From: an uncultured Gammaproteobacteria bacterium
Lineage (GTDB): Bacteria > Pseudomonadota > Gammaproteobacteria > Pseudomonadales > Halieaceae
DNA length: 64,000 nt
Reading direction: 5' to 3'
Assembly (NCBI GenBank): GCA_963715345.1
Contig: CAVQRS010000003.1
Location: 1,398-65,397, forward strand
Within the stretch, counting starts at the first letter, position 1, and each line of letters starts with the position of its first letter. Below are positions 1 through 9,616 of this stretch, piece after piece. A program made the position numbers and the translations under genes. The notes beneath the pieces are model-generated. The model searched no databases. It worked only from the letters and a program-made list of their open reading frames with translations, and had not been told where the DNA came from.

Positions 1-1553
1 GGTTACCGTTCACCCAGACCACGCCGCGCTCGCGATCGACGTTGAGGGCGTAGGGCACCTCGTTGATCACCGGCAGTTTGTAGCTGCTGAACTCACCGGT
101 GGCCGGGGCGTATTTCACCAGCAATGAATCCTGGAAGGCGACTATCCACAGGTTGCCGTCGGCGTCTGCCCGCAGGCGTCGGGGTCCTTCGAAGGGGAAG
201 TCGATCATGGTGATCTCGCCGCTGTCCGGGTCGATGCGCGCCAGGTCATTGGCGTACAGGCGGGCCACCCACACCATGCCGTCGGGCGTGATGTCGATCC
301 CGTAGGGCATGGGCAGGCCGGTGCCCTCCCGGTCCGGGTCCGGTTGAGGACGGTTTTCCGGGCTGATGCTGAACATGACCGGCAGGGCTTTGAGAATCAG
401 CCATTCCTTCACGCCCCGGGCGGGCAGGTCGTACACGGTGAAGCTCTTTTTGGTTCGGTCGAACATCGCCACCTGCGAAGACAGGGCCAGGGTGAACCAG
501 ACCCGGTCCTTGTCGTCGACCCGGATGGTATGGGGGTAGTAGCCCTCGGGCATGTAGTGGGTAATGAATTTCTTTGTCTTGATGTCGAATTCCAGCAGTG
601 CCTGCTGCATGGAGGGCGTGATGAAAATATTGCCGTCCTTCTTCGAATAGGCGAAGGAGTGCACCCCCATGTAGTTGTACATCTTGGGAAATACCTTGAA
701 GCGGTTGCCCATGATGCCGCCCAGTCCCATGTCCTCGTCGTGCGGTACCTTGTAGACCGTGTACTTCGCCTGTCACCGGGTCCAGCTCATAGATGCGGTC
801 GAACAGGTTATCGCCGATATAGATATAGCCGTTGGGATGCAGCAGGAAGTCGTGCATCTGGGAGAAGCCGTCGCCGATGGGCCACTCGGTGATCTCGACC
901 GCCGCCAGGTGATCTTCCCAGCGGCGCGGCGCCGGCACGGTTTCCGGGTGCTCGCGCAGGCGCCGGTATTCCTCCCGCAACAGGGTCGCCACCTTCTGGT
1001 GGTCGTCGGTGGGCAGGCGGGCGCCGTAGGTGTTCATCCGCTCGATCACGCTCAGCCACTGTTCCTCGGTGCGTTCATTGCGCATGAACGGAGAGGCCTG
1101 CTGGTGACAGAAGGCGCAGTTGAGCTGGAAGGTTTTTTTCAGGTCCTCGTCACCGCCGAAGTCCAGCTGGGACAGCCACACGTTGGAGGGATAACTGGCG
1201 ATCTCCTGTTCCGGCGTCATCCGCTGCATCACCAGCTCGCCCTCGATAGCGGGGAAGGTGGCGTCGACGTAACCCTGGGCGCGGGCGCGGTAGTTCACCG
1301 GCTCTGTCGGAGTCTCGAAGCTGACCTCGCCCGCCGCATTGGTGAAGCGGGTGACCACCTCGGCGCTGGTATTGGTTACGCCGTCCGGGGCGTAGCCGTC
1401 GTCGCTGAGGTCCGCCTCGGGCTGGGCTACCGGCGACTGGGTCACCATGACGCGGGCCAGGGGGCGGCCCTGCTCGTCTTTTACCTGCAGCGTTGCGGCG
1501 CTGCACAGGGGAGCAACAAGCAGCAGCAGGGACAGGCGAGTGATAAAGCGCAT
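1..1553 (-). pseudogene. Secreted protein with a cytochrome c (CXXCH) module and a Vgb-type beta-propeller. The frame is broken near 769-770 and the 3' end runs off the window.
   Basis: ORF 246..1553 (-) opens with a signal peptide (MRFITRLSLLLLVAPLCSA) and contains NCAFCHQQ (CXXCH). After ...YELDPVTG the listed translation becomes Arg/Gly/Pro/His-rich nonsense. The adjacent frame reads clean propeller-like sequence (AKYTVYKVPHDEDMG...YGIDITPDGMVWVARLYANDLARIDPDSGE...RGVVWVNGN) down to base 1. Removing one G from the minus-strand ACAGGCG (cc at 769-770) joins the two frames. Confidence 0.6.
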
Positions 1554-1681
1554 GCGGGGTTTCTCGACTGGAATTATTGTAGCCCCATTATGCCAGTATC
1601 CCCCGCCGCCGTCATTGGCATCGACTGGCAGTGAAGGCCATGCCCGGAAGAGTTACCTGCTCCGCCGTCGGGAGCTGGGAG

Positions 1682-3151
1682 TCACGGAACAGGTGGGCAG
1701 GCGGGGTGGTCAAAATACCGGCACAGCGCCTCTTCGCTGATCGCATCCTCGGTCAGGGTGGCTTGATACTGCTGCTTGAAGGCCTGGAAAGCCGGCTCGT
1801 TGCGCAGTAGCAGCCTGCCTGCCAGGATCAGCCGATCGACATCGATATCTTCCAACTCGAGGGTGGTGGGCAGGGCATTGAGCACCCGGTTGATCTCCGT
1901 GCTCTTGACATGATCAAAGCTGACCTGCGAAAAATACGTTTTCGTTGGAGCGCCCCCCTCCGGGCTGGCTGTCCCCAACTCGGTCATCATTTCCTTGAAT
2001 CGATCGAGTGTTTCGCGGTTATAGCTTTCGAACTGGGCGCTGGTGACCGCGTTCATGGTCACGCCAATAGAGGGTGTGCGGTAGGATTTTTCGATGAGTT
2101 TTTCGGGGCTGACCTCGGCATTCACCAGGATTACCAGGATGCTCCCGGGATGCTCATGCTTGAGTGTTTTCAGCTGCCCTTGATGGAGGTTCTCTACCTT
2201 GTCGATCATTACACGCAGGCCCAGGTTGTCTGCGACCCCACCGTCTACCAGGTGGATATACTTGCGATGTTCCGCGTCACGGTAGGACTTGATGCCATCG
2301 ACGTAGCGGGTCTGGACAGCGGTTGCAGGCGCCAGCCGCTGCAGCAGTTGCCATTCCTGGTTCTCGCCAATTTCGCACTCTGCGGCATGATTTGTCAGCA
2401 CAACCGGCGGGAAGGCGACCGGTACCGCCGATGAAGCCGTGACCGCGCGCGCTACGGGGTAACTGCCCAGGTCAGTGCAGATCAGGTCGAACATCCCCTG
2501 GGAGAAGCTGAAGCGCAGGCCGTTGCCCAGGTCGGTGGCGTTGATAACGATATAGGGCGGGCCATTTTTAGCCATATCGCTGAAGGTCGCACCATCGAAC
2601 AGGATGCGATTGTAGTAATCGATTGCCATCTCGGTGCGATTGAACCCGCGAAATCCGCTGCGGATCCAGTGCATCGGGTTGAACAACTGCTTGATCAGCG
2701 CCTGTTGCACCCCCTGGCGCAGGAAGTCATCCTCATAGTCCTCGAACAGCCTGTCGCGATACAGGCCGTAATAGGCGGCGGTAAAGCTGCCCCCGGAGAC
2801 AGCAGAGATGCTGTCGACCTCATCCAGCAGGCGGACAGTCGCGCCGTTGCTCTGGATCAGGGTATCCCGCAACTCCTGCATGACACCGTAGGACAGCGCC
2901 GCGGCCCGCGTACCTCCGCCCGAGAAAGCCAGCAAAACCAGGGCATCTCCCTGTGGCGTTTGCGCACCGCTATGGGTCGGCCGGTAGCCGCCGTTCGCGT
3001 CGATTCGGGTAATGGCTTTGTTGTCAGGAGGAAGAATGGTGGAGCAGCCCGCCAGCGTCAGCAGCAGTGCCAACGCCAGCGGGTACAGGGCAGATTGCAG
3101 GATCCAGCTGCTGCTATGAGGCGGGATTCGAAAGGCCTCCGCTGAGCACAT
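1682..3151 (-). CDS. Patatin-like phospholipase, probable lipoprotein
   Basis: Lipobox LLLTLAGCS. Oxyanion motif FSGGGTRAAALSYG, nucleophile elbow AVSGGS and catalytic Asp motif DGGVADNLG. 489-aa ORF. The exact start is uncertain. Confidence 0.85.
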   Translation of the reverse strand: MCSAEAFRIPPHSSSWILQSALYPLALALLLTLAGCSTILPPDNKAITRIDANGGYRPTHSGAQTPQGDALVLLAFSGGGTRAAALSYGVMQELRDTLIQSNGATVRLLDEVDSISAVSGGSFTAAYYGLYRDRLFEDYEDDFLRQGVQQALIKQLFNPMHWIRSGFRGFNRTEMAIDYYNRILFDGATFSDMAKNGPPYIVINATDLGNGLRFSFSQGMFDLICTDLGSYPVARAVTASSAVPVAFPPVVLTNHAAECEIGENQEWQLLQRLAPATAVQTRYVDGIKSYRDAEHRKYIHLVDGGVADNLGLRVMIDKVENLHQGQLKTLKHEHPGSILVILVNAEVSPEKLIEKSYRTPSIGVTMNAVTSAQFESYNRETLDRFKEMMTELGTASPEGGAPTKTYFSQVSFDHVKSTEINRVLNALPTTLELEDIDVDRLILAGRLLLRNEPAFQAFKQQYQATLTEDAISEEALCRYFDHPACPPVP

Positions 3152-3181
3152 GGGTCACTCGCGGTATTCGGAACCGCCTGG

Positions 3182-4421
3182 CTAGAATGTCCAGTTTACG
3201 TTGGCTGACACCGCCAGCACACTGTTGTTCTGGTATTGGCCGCCGAAGTTGCTCGCTGCAATCCTGGAATTTTCCCAGGTCCATATACGTGACGTAGCCG
3301 CCCACGCTTACTGTCTCCTTGAGGGCGTAGCGCGTGCCGAAGGAGTAGCGGATCTGGCGGTCCACCGGCAGTTGCGCGTTGCGGTCTTCCTTGTCTACCG
3401 GGTTGGTGTCGTAGGCGACGCCGCTGGTAAACGCCCAGCGCTTGTCCCACTGGTACTCCACGCCCCAGGCGTAATGGTAGGTGTCGCGCCACCGGGTGGG
3501 TATGGCGGCGTCGCGGTTACTGGTCGACAGGGGTACGGCACCCAGCTGGCTCCAGTTTTCCCAACCTATAGTGAGGTTTACGCCCCATTTCTCATCCAGG
3601 TCGTGGTGCATGGCGAACCTGGCAGCCTCGGCAAAATTGAGTTCGGATTTGACCGAAACATCACGCTCTATACCGGGGGGCACTATCTCGCCGCCGGGGA
3701 CTACTACCTTGAAATCGCCGTCATATTTTGCCTTTATCTCGCTCTGGTAAATAAGACCGAAGCGGGTGCGGTCGGTCAGCTCATACATAGTGCCGAGCTT
3801 GAAGGAGAAGCCCGTATCATCGCCGTTGACTGAGGCCCTGGCATCTTCCCTGTTCTGGTTCAGGCGCGGCACGTTCAGGTGAACGTTCAGGTTGGAGTAC
3901 CAGTACTGAACACCAACACCCACAGAGAGTTTGTCGCTTACCCGGTAGGCAAAGGTCGGCACGAGAGCCGCAAGCAGCAGGTCGACCTTGGTTGCCTGGT
4001 AGCGTCCGGCCCAGTCGTCGTCATAGTCCAGGCCTGCGCCCGCCAGCCCCAGGAAGTAGATGCCCGCGCTCCACCTGTCCGATTGAAAATCGTGGACATA
4101 GGCAGCGGAGCCGCCGGGAGCTGCCTGGCCGGCGTCGCCGCCATTACCGGTGCCCAGGCGTGGGGTGGTGTAGTCCACGTCGAACTTGTTATCGGGTAGC
4201 AGGGCACCGGCGGAAGCAAACAGCTGGTTGCCCTTGATGCGGCTGGAACTGGCCGGGTTGTGCATGATGGAAGCGGCGCCGTCCATGCCCGCCTCTGAAC
4301 CCGCGCTGGACCGCCCGCCGGAGAAATCGCCGTATTCACTAAGCCAGAGCCCGCCCGCTGAGGCTGTACCCGTAGCGAGCAGCGCGGCAGTGACAGCACA
4401 GCCCAGGATGGTTTTCTTCAT
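3182..4421 (-). pseudogene. FadL/OmpP1/TodX-family outer-membrane hydrophobic-compound channel, with the frame broken about 30 codons before the C terminus
   Basis: Start ATG at 4421 (MKKTILGCAVTAALLATGTASA) is preceded by GGGAG. The listed ORF 3114..4466 ends in non-barrel sequence (KFQDCSEQLRRPIPEQQ...). The neighbouring frame reads ENSRIAASNFGGQYQNNSVLAVSANVNWTF-stop (stop at 3182-3184), a canonical barrel terminus ending in Phe. One extra G in CTGGGAAAA (ccc at 3274-3276) accounts for the shift. Confidence 0.75.
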
Positions 4422-4494
4422 GTTTGCTCCCGAGGGTTTACCAAAGACCGCCACCGGCGGGCTCAATTTGTGCCGGTAAGTTTAAAGGAGTCAC

Positions 4495-4517
4495 GCCCTG
4501 TTTGGACAGGGCTTTTT
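4495..4517 (+). terminator. Terminator-like hairpin with its T-run on the plus strand, lying between two minus-strand genes
   Basis: GCCCTGT-TTGG-ACAGGGC (4495-4512) followed by TTTTT (4513-4517). It sits 7 nt from the P450 stop. On the minus strand the A-run precedes the hairpin, so it is not a canonical terminator for the P450 transcript. Confidence 0.3.
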
Positions 4518-4524
4518 CCGGAAC

Positions 4525-5769
4525 TTATTTGCAGTTGGTCCGCAACATCAGCTGCTTGAATACCACCGCGTTGTGGTCGCTCCCGTCCCGCTCAGGTTCC
4601 CCCGCCAGTTCAAGGTTCGGGAAGCGCTTGAACAGTTCCGATATGGTCAGGTATAGCTGGCGCTTGGCCAGGGCGGCGCCGATGCAGTAGCGCGGACCGT
4701 AGCCAAACAGCACATCTGGATTGAACTCCCGCTCCACGTCAAACACTTCCGGGTGATCGTAGTATTCCGGGTCGTGGTCCTTCAGGTGCGGCATCATCAG
4801 CACCATCTGGCCCTTGCGCACCTGGTGACCGAGGATTTCCATATCCCGCGGCGCGTAGCGGGCGAAGCCCATTTTCGACGCGGTACCCCAGCGGCTGATT
4901 TCGCTGAAGGCATTGGAGAACGCATCCGGGGTAGCCAGGGCCTTGGCAACCTGGTCCTTGTGCTTGAGCAGGCAGTAGACCGACCACTGCTGTGCCACCA
5001 GGGTGGTGTCGGCGCCGGCGCCTATCAGTGCCAGGATCAGGGTGATGATATCCCCCTCCTCGAAGCCCGGGTTCTCCTGCTCAATTTTCAACAGGGTGCT
5101 GAGGAAGTCGTCCTGCACCGGGTCCAGCCTGCGCTCGGCGATAACCAGTTTCAGGATGTCGATGGCCCGGTTGCTGTCCTGCCGCGCCTTCTCCCTGCGC
5201 TCGTCGGAAATGGTAGGATTCCAGGTCTCGGTGAAGGTCATGATGACCTGCTTGATATCCGGCCAGTACTTCTCCGGGATGCCCACCATCCTGGTAATGG
5301 AGATAAACGGAATATGGGCGGCGATCTTGTCGATGTAATCAAAGGTCTCCGGCGTGCCCAGTTCATCGAACAGCCGCTTCACATCGGGCTCGATCTTGCG
5401 CTGGATAGAGTCCACCACGTTGCGGGAAAAAGCCGGCGCCGTCACCCGCCGCACCAGGCGGTGGTGGTCGTGGTCCGCCAGCAGGCTGTGGCCGATCAGG
5501 GCCCGCTCGAAATTGCTCCACTGGTCCTCCGGCGGCCGCGGCGGGGCGAATTCCCAGTCGTAGAAGTCGGAGGACAGTGGCTCCTCCTTCCAGCAGGCCA
5601 TGATGTCCGGCATGCGGGTCATGATCCAGGCCTGCCAGGGCTCGTACCACACCAGCCGCCCCCGCTCCATCAACGCGAGGCACTGGGGAATCGGGTCCGC
5701 CATGTACGCCTCGGAGTTGGGGTCGAACAGTTGCTCTATCGGTACCAGGTTCTCTGCTGCGTCTGCCAT
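4525..5769 (-). CDS. Cytochrome P450
   Basis: Haem-binding loop FGYGPRYCIGAALA, and an I-helix-like LIGAGADTT. I chose the ATG at 5769 (MADAAENLVPIEQLF) because GAGGAAG lies 5-11 nt upstream. The listed ORF extends to 5856. Confidence 0.9.
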   Translation of the reverse strand: MADAAENLVPIEQLFDPNSEAYMADPIPQCLALMERGRLVWYEPWQAWIMTRMPDIMACWKEEPLSSDFYDWEFAPPRPPEDQWSNFERALIGHSLLADHDHHRLVRRVTAPAFSRNVVDSIQRKIEPDVKRLFDELGTPETFDYIDKIAAHIPFISITRMVGIPEKYWPDIKQVIMTFTETWNPTISDERREKARQDSNRAIDILKLVIAERRLDPVQDDFLSTLLKIEQENPGFEEGDIITLILALIGAGADTTLVAQQWSVYCLLKHKDQVAKALATPDAFSNAFSEISRWGTASKMGFARYAPRDMEILGHQVRKGQMVLMMPHLKDHDPEYYDHPEVFDVEREFNPDVLFGYGPRYCIGAALAKRQLYLTISELFKRFPNLELAGEPERDGSDHNAVVFKQLMLRTNCK

Positions 5770-5964
5770 TGAATCTTCCTCGACACGCCGGTTTGGTCTG
5801 GCCAAACGGTTGTGCCCTGTCTGGGTTGAAAACCGGTAGTCTAGCAAGTCCTTCAAAGCTGCACAAATGTATACTTTTGCTAAATCTCGGCTTTTGGGGC
5901 TCTTGTCTTAACTTTGTTGGGGTGTAGTGTCGGTGTGCAGTTGTTGTGCTGTTCCATTCGCGGC

Positions 5965-6105
5965 GGAGGACGGGGGTTGCCTCGCTCCACGGCTGCGGCC
6001 CTCCGGGCTGCCCTCAGTCGGTCGCGAGCCTTAAAGCGCTTCGCTGTCTCGCTCCACTCCTTCGGCGTGCGCCTTTTACGTTCCGCGAGGCAACCCCCGC
6101 CCTCC
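5965..6105. repeat. 141-nt structured hairpin repeat, copy 1 (core inverted relative to copy 2)
   Basis: Terminal arms GGAGGACGGGGGTTGCCTCGC (5965-5985) and GCGAGGCAACCCCCGCCCTCC (6085-6105) pair at 20 of 21 positions. The 99-nt core is the reverse complement of the copy-2 core and differs at 13 positions by my hand alignment. Confidence 0.8.
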
Positions 6106-6186
6106 ACCGCATTGAGTTCAATCAACACAGGTGTGGCGGCACCGCCATAACTTTCCCGGGTTTGTTTATACGCTCGATGTGAGGCA

Positions 6187-6327
6187 GGGGTCCGGGTGTG
6201 TCCTGGCGGAATGTAAAAGGCCAGCGCCGAGGGAGTGGAAGGAGACAGCGAAGCGCTTTAAGGCTCCTGACCGACTGAGGGCACCCCGGAGGGGCGCGGC
6301 CATGGAGCCAGGACACACCCGGACCCC
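6187..6327. repeat. 141-nt structured hairpin repeat, copy 2
   Basis: Terminal arms GGGGTCCGGGTGTGTCCTGGC (6187-6207) and GCCAGGACACACCCGGACCCC (6307-6327) pair at 21 of 21 positions. Same length and internal helices as copy 1. The spacer between copies is 81 bp and contains the palindrome TGGCGGCACCGCCA (6134-6147). Confidence 0.8.
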
Positions 6328-6386
6328 GGCCGACTTGGAACTATGACTTCTTCGCGAATTCACGGCTCGTAAAGTCTGAATCTACT

Positions 6387-7922
6387 CTAACCGGAGTGAG
6401 TGTCACTATCGGTATTGGGCGTCGAGGCGCACTCAGGCGGCTGTCGGTCGCTGGCCGCCAGCATGTCGCTGATGCGGGTCGCAAGGTCGCCGGGCACCTG
6501 GGACCAGTCGAAGCGCCAGCGCCAGTTGCCCTGCGTGGTGCCGGGGGTGTTCATGCGGTGGCTGCCGTCGAGGCCGAGGAAATCCTGCCAGGGAATGACG
6601 GCGGTGTTGGCGGGGGAGGCCATGGCCTGGTGAATCAGCATCCAGGGCATCGGCTCCGATGGATTGCCGTAATAGGCGTAGACCTTTGCCCGGGTGGCCT
6701 GGTCCAGGCTCTCGAACCAGCCCAGGGTGGTGTTGTTGTCATGGGTGCCGGTATAGACGATATCCGTGTTGGAATGCAGGTGGTTCAGGTAGGGGTTGTC
6801 GGGGTTGCCGTCGAAGGCAAACTGCAGGATCAGCATGCCAGGCAGGCCGAACTCCTTGCGCAGGTCCTCCACCTCGGCCGTGATCGAGCCCAGGTTCTCA
6901 GCCACCAGCTTGAGCTCGGGGTAGTTGGCCCGCACCGCCTGCAGCAACTCGCGCCCGGGGGCCTCCACCCAGTGTCCATCCCGGGCTGAAGTGGCGCTGG
7001 CCGGGATCTCCCAGTAGGCCTGCAGGGCGCGAAAGTGGTCAATGCGGGCGATATCGAATTGTTTTGCCGCCGAGTCGAAGCGCTGCAGCCACCATTGGAA
7101 ACCGGTATCGCGCATCAGCTGCCAGTTGTATTGCGGGTTGCCCCACAGCTGGCCCTCGGCGCTGAAGTAGTCCGGCGGCACACCGGTGACGGTGACCGGG
7201 TGGCCGACCTCGTCCAGGTCGAACTGTTGCTGGTGGGCCCACACGTCGGCGCTCTCGAGATGCACGTAGATGGGGATATCCCCGAACAGCAGCACGCCCT
7301 TGTCATTCGCGTACTCGCGCAATTCGCGCCACTGGCAGTCAAAGACGAACTGTCGAAAGCGCAGCTTGGTGATCTGGGCGTTCAGCTCTGCCGTCAGTGC
7401 ATCACACACCAGAGGGTCGCGGTCGCGGAGCCCCCTGGTCCACTCAGCCCAGGAGCGCTGCTCTTGGCTCTGGCGGAAGGCGTGAAAGCGTACATAGTCT
7501 TCCAGCCAGAAGTCGGAATTTTGCAGGAAATCCAGATAGGCACAGACCATGGGTGCCTCCGGCCTGAATTCAACCTCCTGGAAAAACGCGTCGCAGGCCA
7601 GGTTCAGGGCCTCGCGCTTGGCCCACCTGTCCACCATGCCGTGCTCGGCCTGCGCCCTGGTCAGCCAGTTGTGCCGTACCAGCCATTGCAGGTCGATCAG
7701 GTCAGGGCTGCCCGCGTGCACGGAAAAGGACTGGTAGGGGCAGCCGTCCGGGTGGGTCGGCCCCAGTGGCAGTACCTGCCAGATGCTGAGGCCCGCCGCG
7801 GCGATGAGATCGACAAAACGGCGTGCGTCGGCGCCAAAATCCCCGCAATATCCCGGCCCGGGCAGGCTCGTGGGATGGAGCAGGACGCCGCAGCGGCGCT
7901 GTGCGAGCAGTGGTGCGGTCAC
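6387..7922 (-). CDS. malQ: 4-alpha-glucanotransferase (amylomaltase, GH77)
   Basis: N terminus CGVLLHPTSLPGPGYCGDFG, with YFSAEGQLWGNPQYNW and IDHFRAL blocks typical of MalQ. GTG start at 7922 overlaps the upstream stop (GTGA). Confidence 0.92.
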   Translation of the reverse strand: MTAPLLAQRRCGVLLHPTSLPGPGYCGDFGADARRFVDLIAAAGLSIWQVLPLGPTHPDGCPYQSFSVHAGSPDLIDLQWLVRHNWLTRAQAEHGMVDRWAKREALNLACDAFFQEVEFRPEAPMVCAYLDFLQNSDFWLEDYVRFHAFRQSQEQRSWAEWTRGLRDRDPLVCDALTAELNAQITKLRFRQFVFDCQWRELREYANDKGVLLFGDIPIYVHLESADVWAHQQQFDLDEVGHPVTVTGVPPDYFSAEGQLWGNPQYNWQLMRDTGFQWWLQRFDSAAKQFDIARIDHFRALQAYWEIPASATSARDGHWVEAPGRELLQAVRANYPELKLVAENLGSITAEVEDLRKEFGLPGMLILQFAFDGNPDNPYLNHLHSNTDIVYTGTHDNNTTLGWFESLDQATRAKVYAYYGNPSEPMPWMLIHQAMASPANTAVIPWQDFLGLDGSHRMNTPGTTQGNWRWRFDWSQVPGDLATRISDMLAASDRQPPECASTPNTDSDTHSG

Positions 7923-9616
7923 GAGCCGGATTCGCTGTGCTGGCGCATGACCCCTCCGCGGCTGGGCTTGCCGCCACCGCGGGAAATAACCTCAGACAGG
8001 TAGGAGGGCGCTTCGACATTCAGCATCTGGTAGAGATTGGCCAGATGCATGCGATAAAGCTGGTCAAACTGGTTTACGGTGGCCGAGGGGTTGTAGTCGC
8101 CGAACCACCAGAACCAGTCGGAGCCCTCGCAGATGGCCAGTTGCTTCTCCGCTGCCTCGATTTCCGCCGCGGACAGTTTGCCGCTCGCGATTTGTTCGTC
8201 GAAGGTGCGCTTGGCCTCTACCAGTATCTCCCAGCCGCGGTTTTTGTCCGGGTCGCCGATCCAGGTGGAGAAGGTACCGTAAACCCAGCTTCCCGCAGTC
8301 AGGTGATCTTCATGGGCCGGCACCGGTGATTTTACCTGCAGGAACTCCTCGAAGGTGGTCATCTGCAGCAGCGGGTTCTTCCCGAGGTCGCGATAGAGCT
8401 GGTCGAGGAAGTAATAGCCGTTCTCCGGGTAGTATTCCCAGGCGTTTTCGCCATCGAGGATGATCGTGATGAGGCAGTCATCCCGGTCGGGGCAGACCCT
8501 GGCGATGTTTTCCATGTGGCCGATGAGGTTGGCTACCGCGTCGTTGGCGTGCCAGTCGGAATAGTTGAAGCCGATCAGGTCTGACAGGCCGTCATCACGG
8601 AAAAAACAGTCGACGGGAACATCGCCGAAGCGGTAGACCCGGTGACTGCAGGACTTCGAGCTGGCGTCGTGGCTGTTGTGCAGGACCGTGCCGCCGCTGG
8701 CAACCCACTTGATGCCATGTTCGGCGAACAGGGCCAGCGCCTGCTGGCTGACACCGCCTTCCGAGGGCCACAGTCCCAGCGGCTTGCGCCCGAAAATACG
8801 TTCGAAGGTTGCCACGCCTTTACTCAGGTGCCAGCGGGCCCGTTCCTCGCCGCCCGGATACTCGGTGGTCACCGGCAGGTGGACGGCGGGCATGGCCTCC
8901 CGGGCCGAGTTCATATCGAGCATCAGCGGGATGATCGGGTGGGCGTAGGGGCTCATGCTCAGCTCCACCTTGCCGGACTCCGCCAGTGCTCGGTAACGGG
9001 GCACGATGGTTTGCATCTGCTCCAGCACGATCTGCAGCAGCTCCCGGCGATCGTGCAGGCTGAAATTGTGGGCCTTCTCGCGCAGCCGGTGGATGCGCTC
9101 GTCACTGCGCTGCAATGATTCGGCCATCCAGCTCAGGTGATACCAGACCATCAGGTCGGCGATGAACTGGTTCGAGGCGTAGATCATACTGTCGGGATGG
9201 GTCTCATACCACTCCGCCATGGTGGCCAGCCGCTGGAACGGTTCGAAGCGCTCGATCATCCGCTCCCGGTTGGCGCGCAGGCAGTCCTGCATCAGCCGCA
9301 GGCGTTCCTGCGTGTTGCCCGGCAGCGCGGGTTCCGCCAGCTCTGCCAGCAGCGGGTCCTGGATTACCCCGTGGCCGTTCAGGTAGGCTTTGATCTGGGT
9401 AATATAATCCTCGAGTTGCTCCAGCAGGATGGGGGCAAAATTGACCACCGCCCGCGCCTCGGGCACCGCCTCGAGGTGGGCGGCCATGTCCACGTAGTCC
9501 TTGGTGGCGTGCAGGTAGGTCCAGGGCAGGTGCACCCTGCCGGTGCGCATATCGCGGTAATCGGGCTGGTGCATATGCCACATCAGCACCACGCTCATGG
9601 GCTGGTCAGCGGGCAT
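7919..9616 (-). CDS. Glycoside hydrolase family 57 protein
   Basis: GH57 signature blocks [22 protein letters not shown] and [10 protein letters not shown]. An alternative start at 9598 ([12 protein letters not shown]) is possible. Confidence 0.88.
   Translation of the reverse strand: MPADQPMSVVLMWHMHQPDYRDMRTGRVHLPWTYLHATKDYVDMAAHLEAVPEARAVVNFAPILLEQLEDYITQIKAYLNGHGVIQDPLLAELAEPALPGNTQERLRLMQDCLRANRERMIERFEPFQRLATMAEWYETHPDSMIYASNQFIADLMVWYHLSWMAESLQRSDERIHRLREKAHNFSLHDRRELLQIVLEQMQTIVPRYRALAESGKVELSMSPYAHPIIPLMLDMNSAREAMPAVHLPVTTEYPGGEERARWHLSKGVATFERIFGRKPLGLWPSEGGVSQQALALFAEHGIKWVASGGTVLHNSHDASSKSCSHRVYRFGDVPVDCFFRDDGLSDLIGFNYSDWHANDAVANLIGHMENIARVCPDRDDCLITIILDGENAWEYYPENGYYFLDQLYRDLGKNPLLQMTTFEEFLQVKSPVPAHEDHLTAGSWVYGTFSTWIGDPDKNRGWEILVEAKRTFDEQIASGKLSAAEIEAAEKQLAICEGSDWFWWFGDYNPSATVNQFDQLYRMHLANLYQMLNVEAPSYLSEVISRGGGKPSRGGVMRQHSESGS

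Noticed and set aside
6011-6030. tRNA D-arm-like string (CCCTCAGTCGGTCGCGAGCC) and a CTGAGGG string resembling a hammerhead CUGANGA box inside the repeats.
   Set aside because: No cloverleaf, anticodon arm or T-arm (GTTCRANYC) can be drawn. The hammerhead core is incomplete: the final A of CUGANGA is missing and no matching GAAA/helix III context is present. I treat both as chance resemblance.
5880-6363. Six ORFs of 64-82 aa spanning the 141-nt repeats. Two translate to similar basic peptides (…EWSETAKRFKARDRLRAARR… and …EWKETAKRFKAPDRLRAPRR…).
   Set aside because: All frames on both strands are open across the elements, simply because of composition. The substitution pattern tracks base-pairing (compensatory changes in helices), not codon positions. 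A structured nucleic-acid element explains the conservation better than a peptide.
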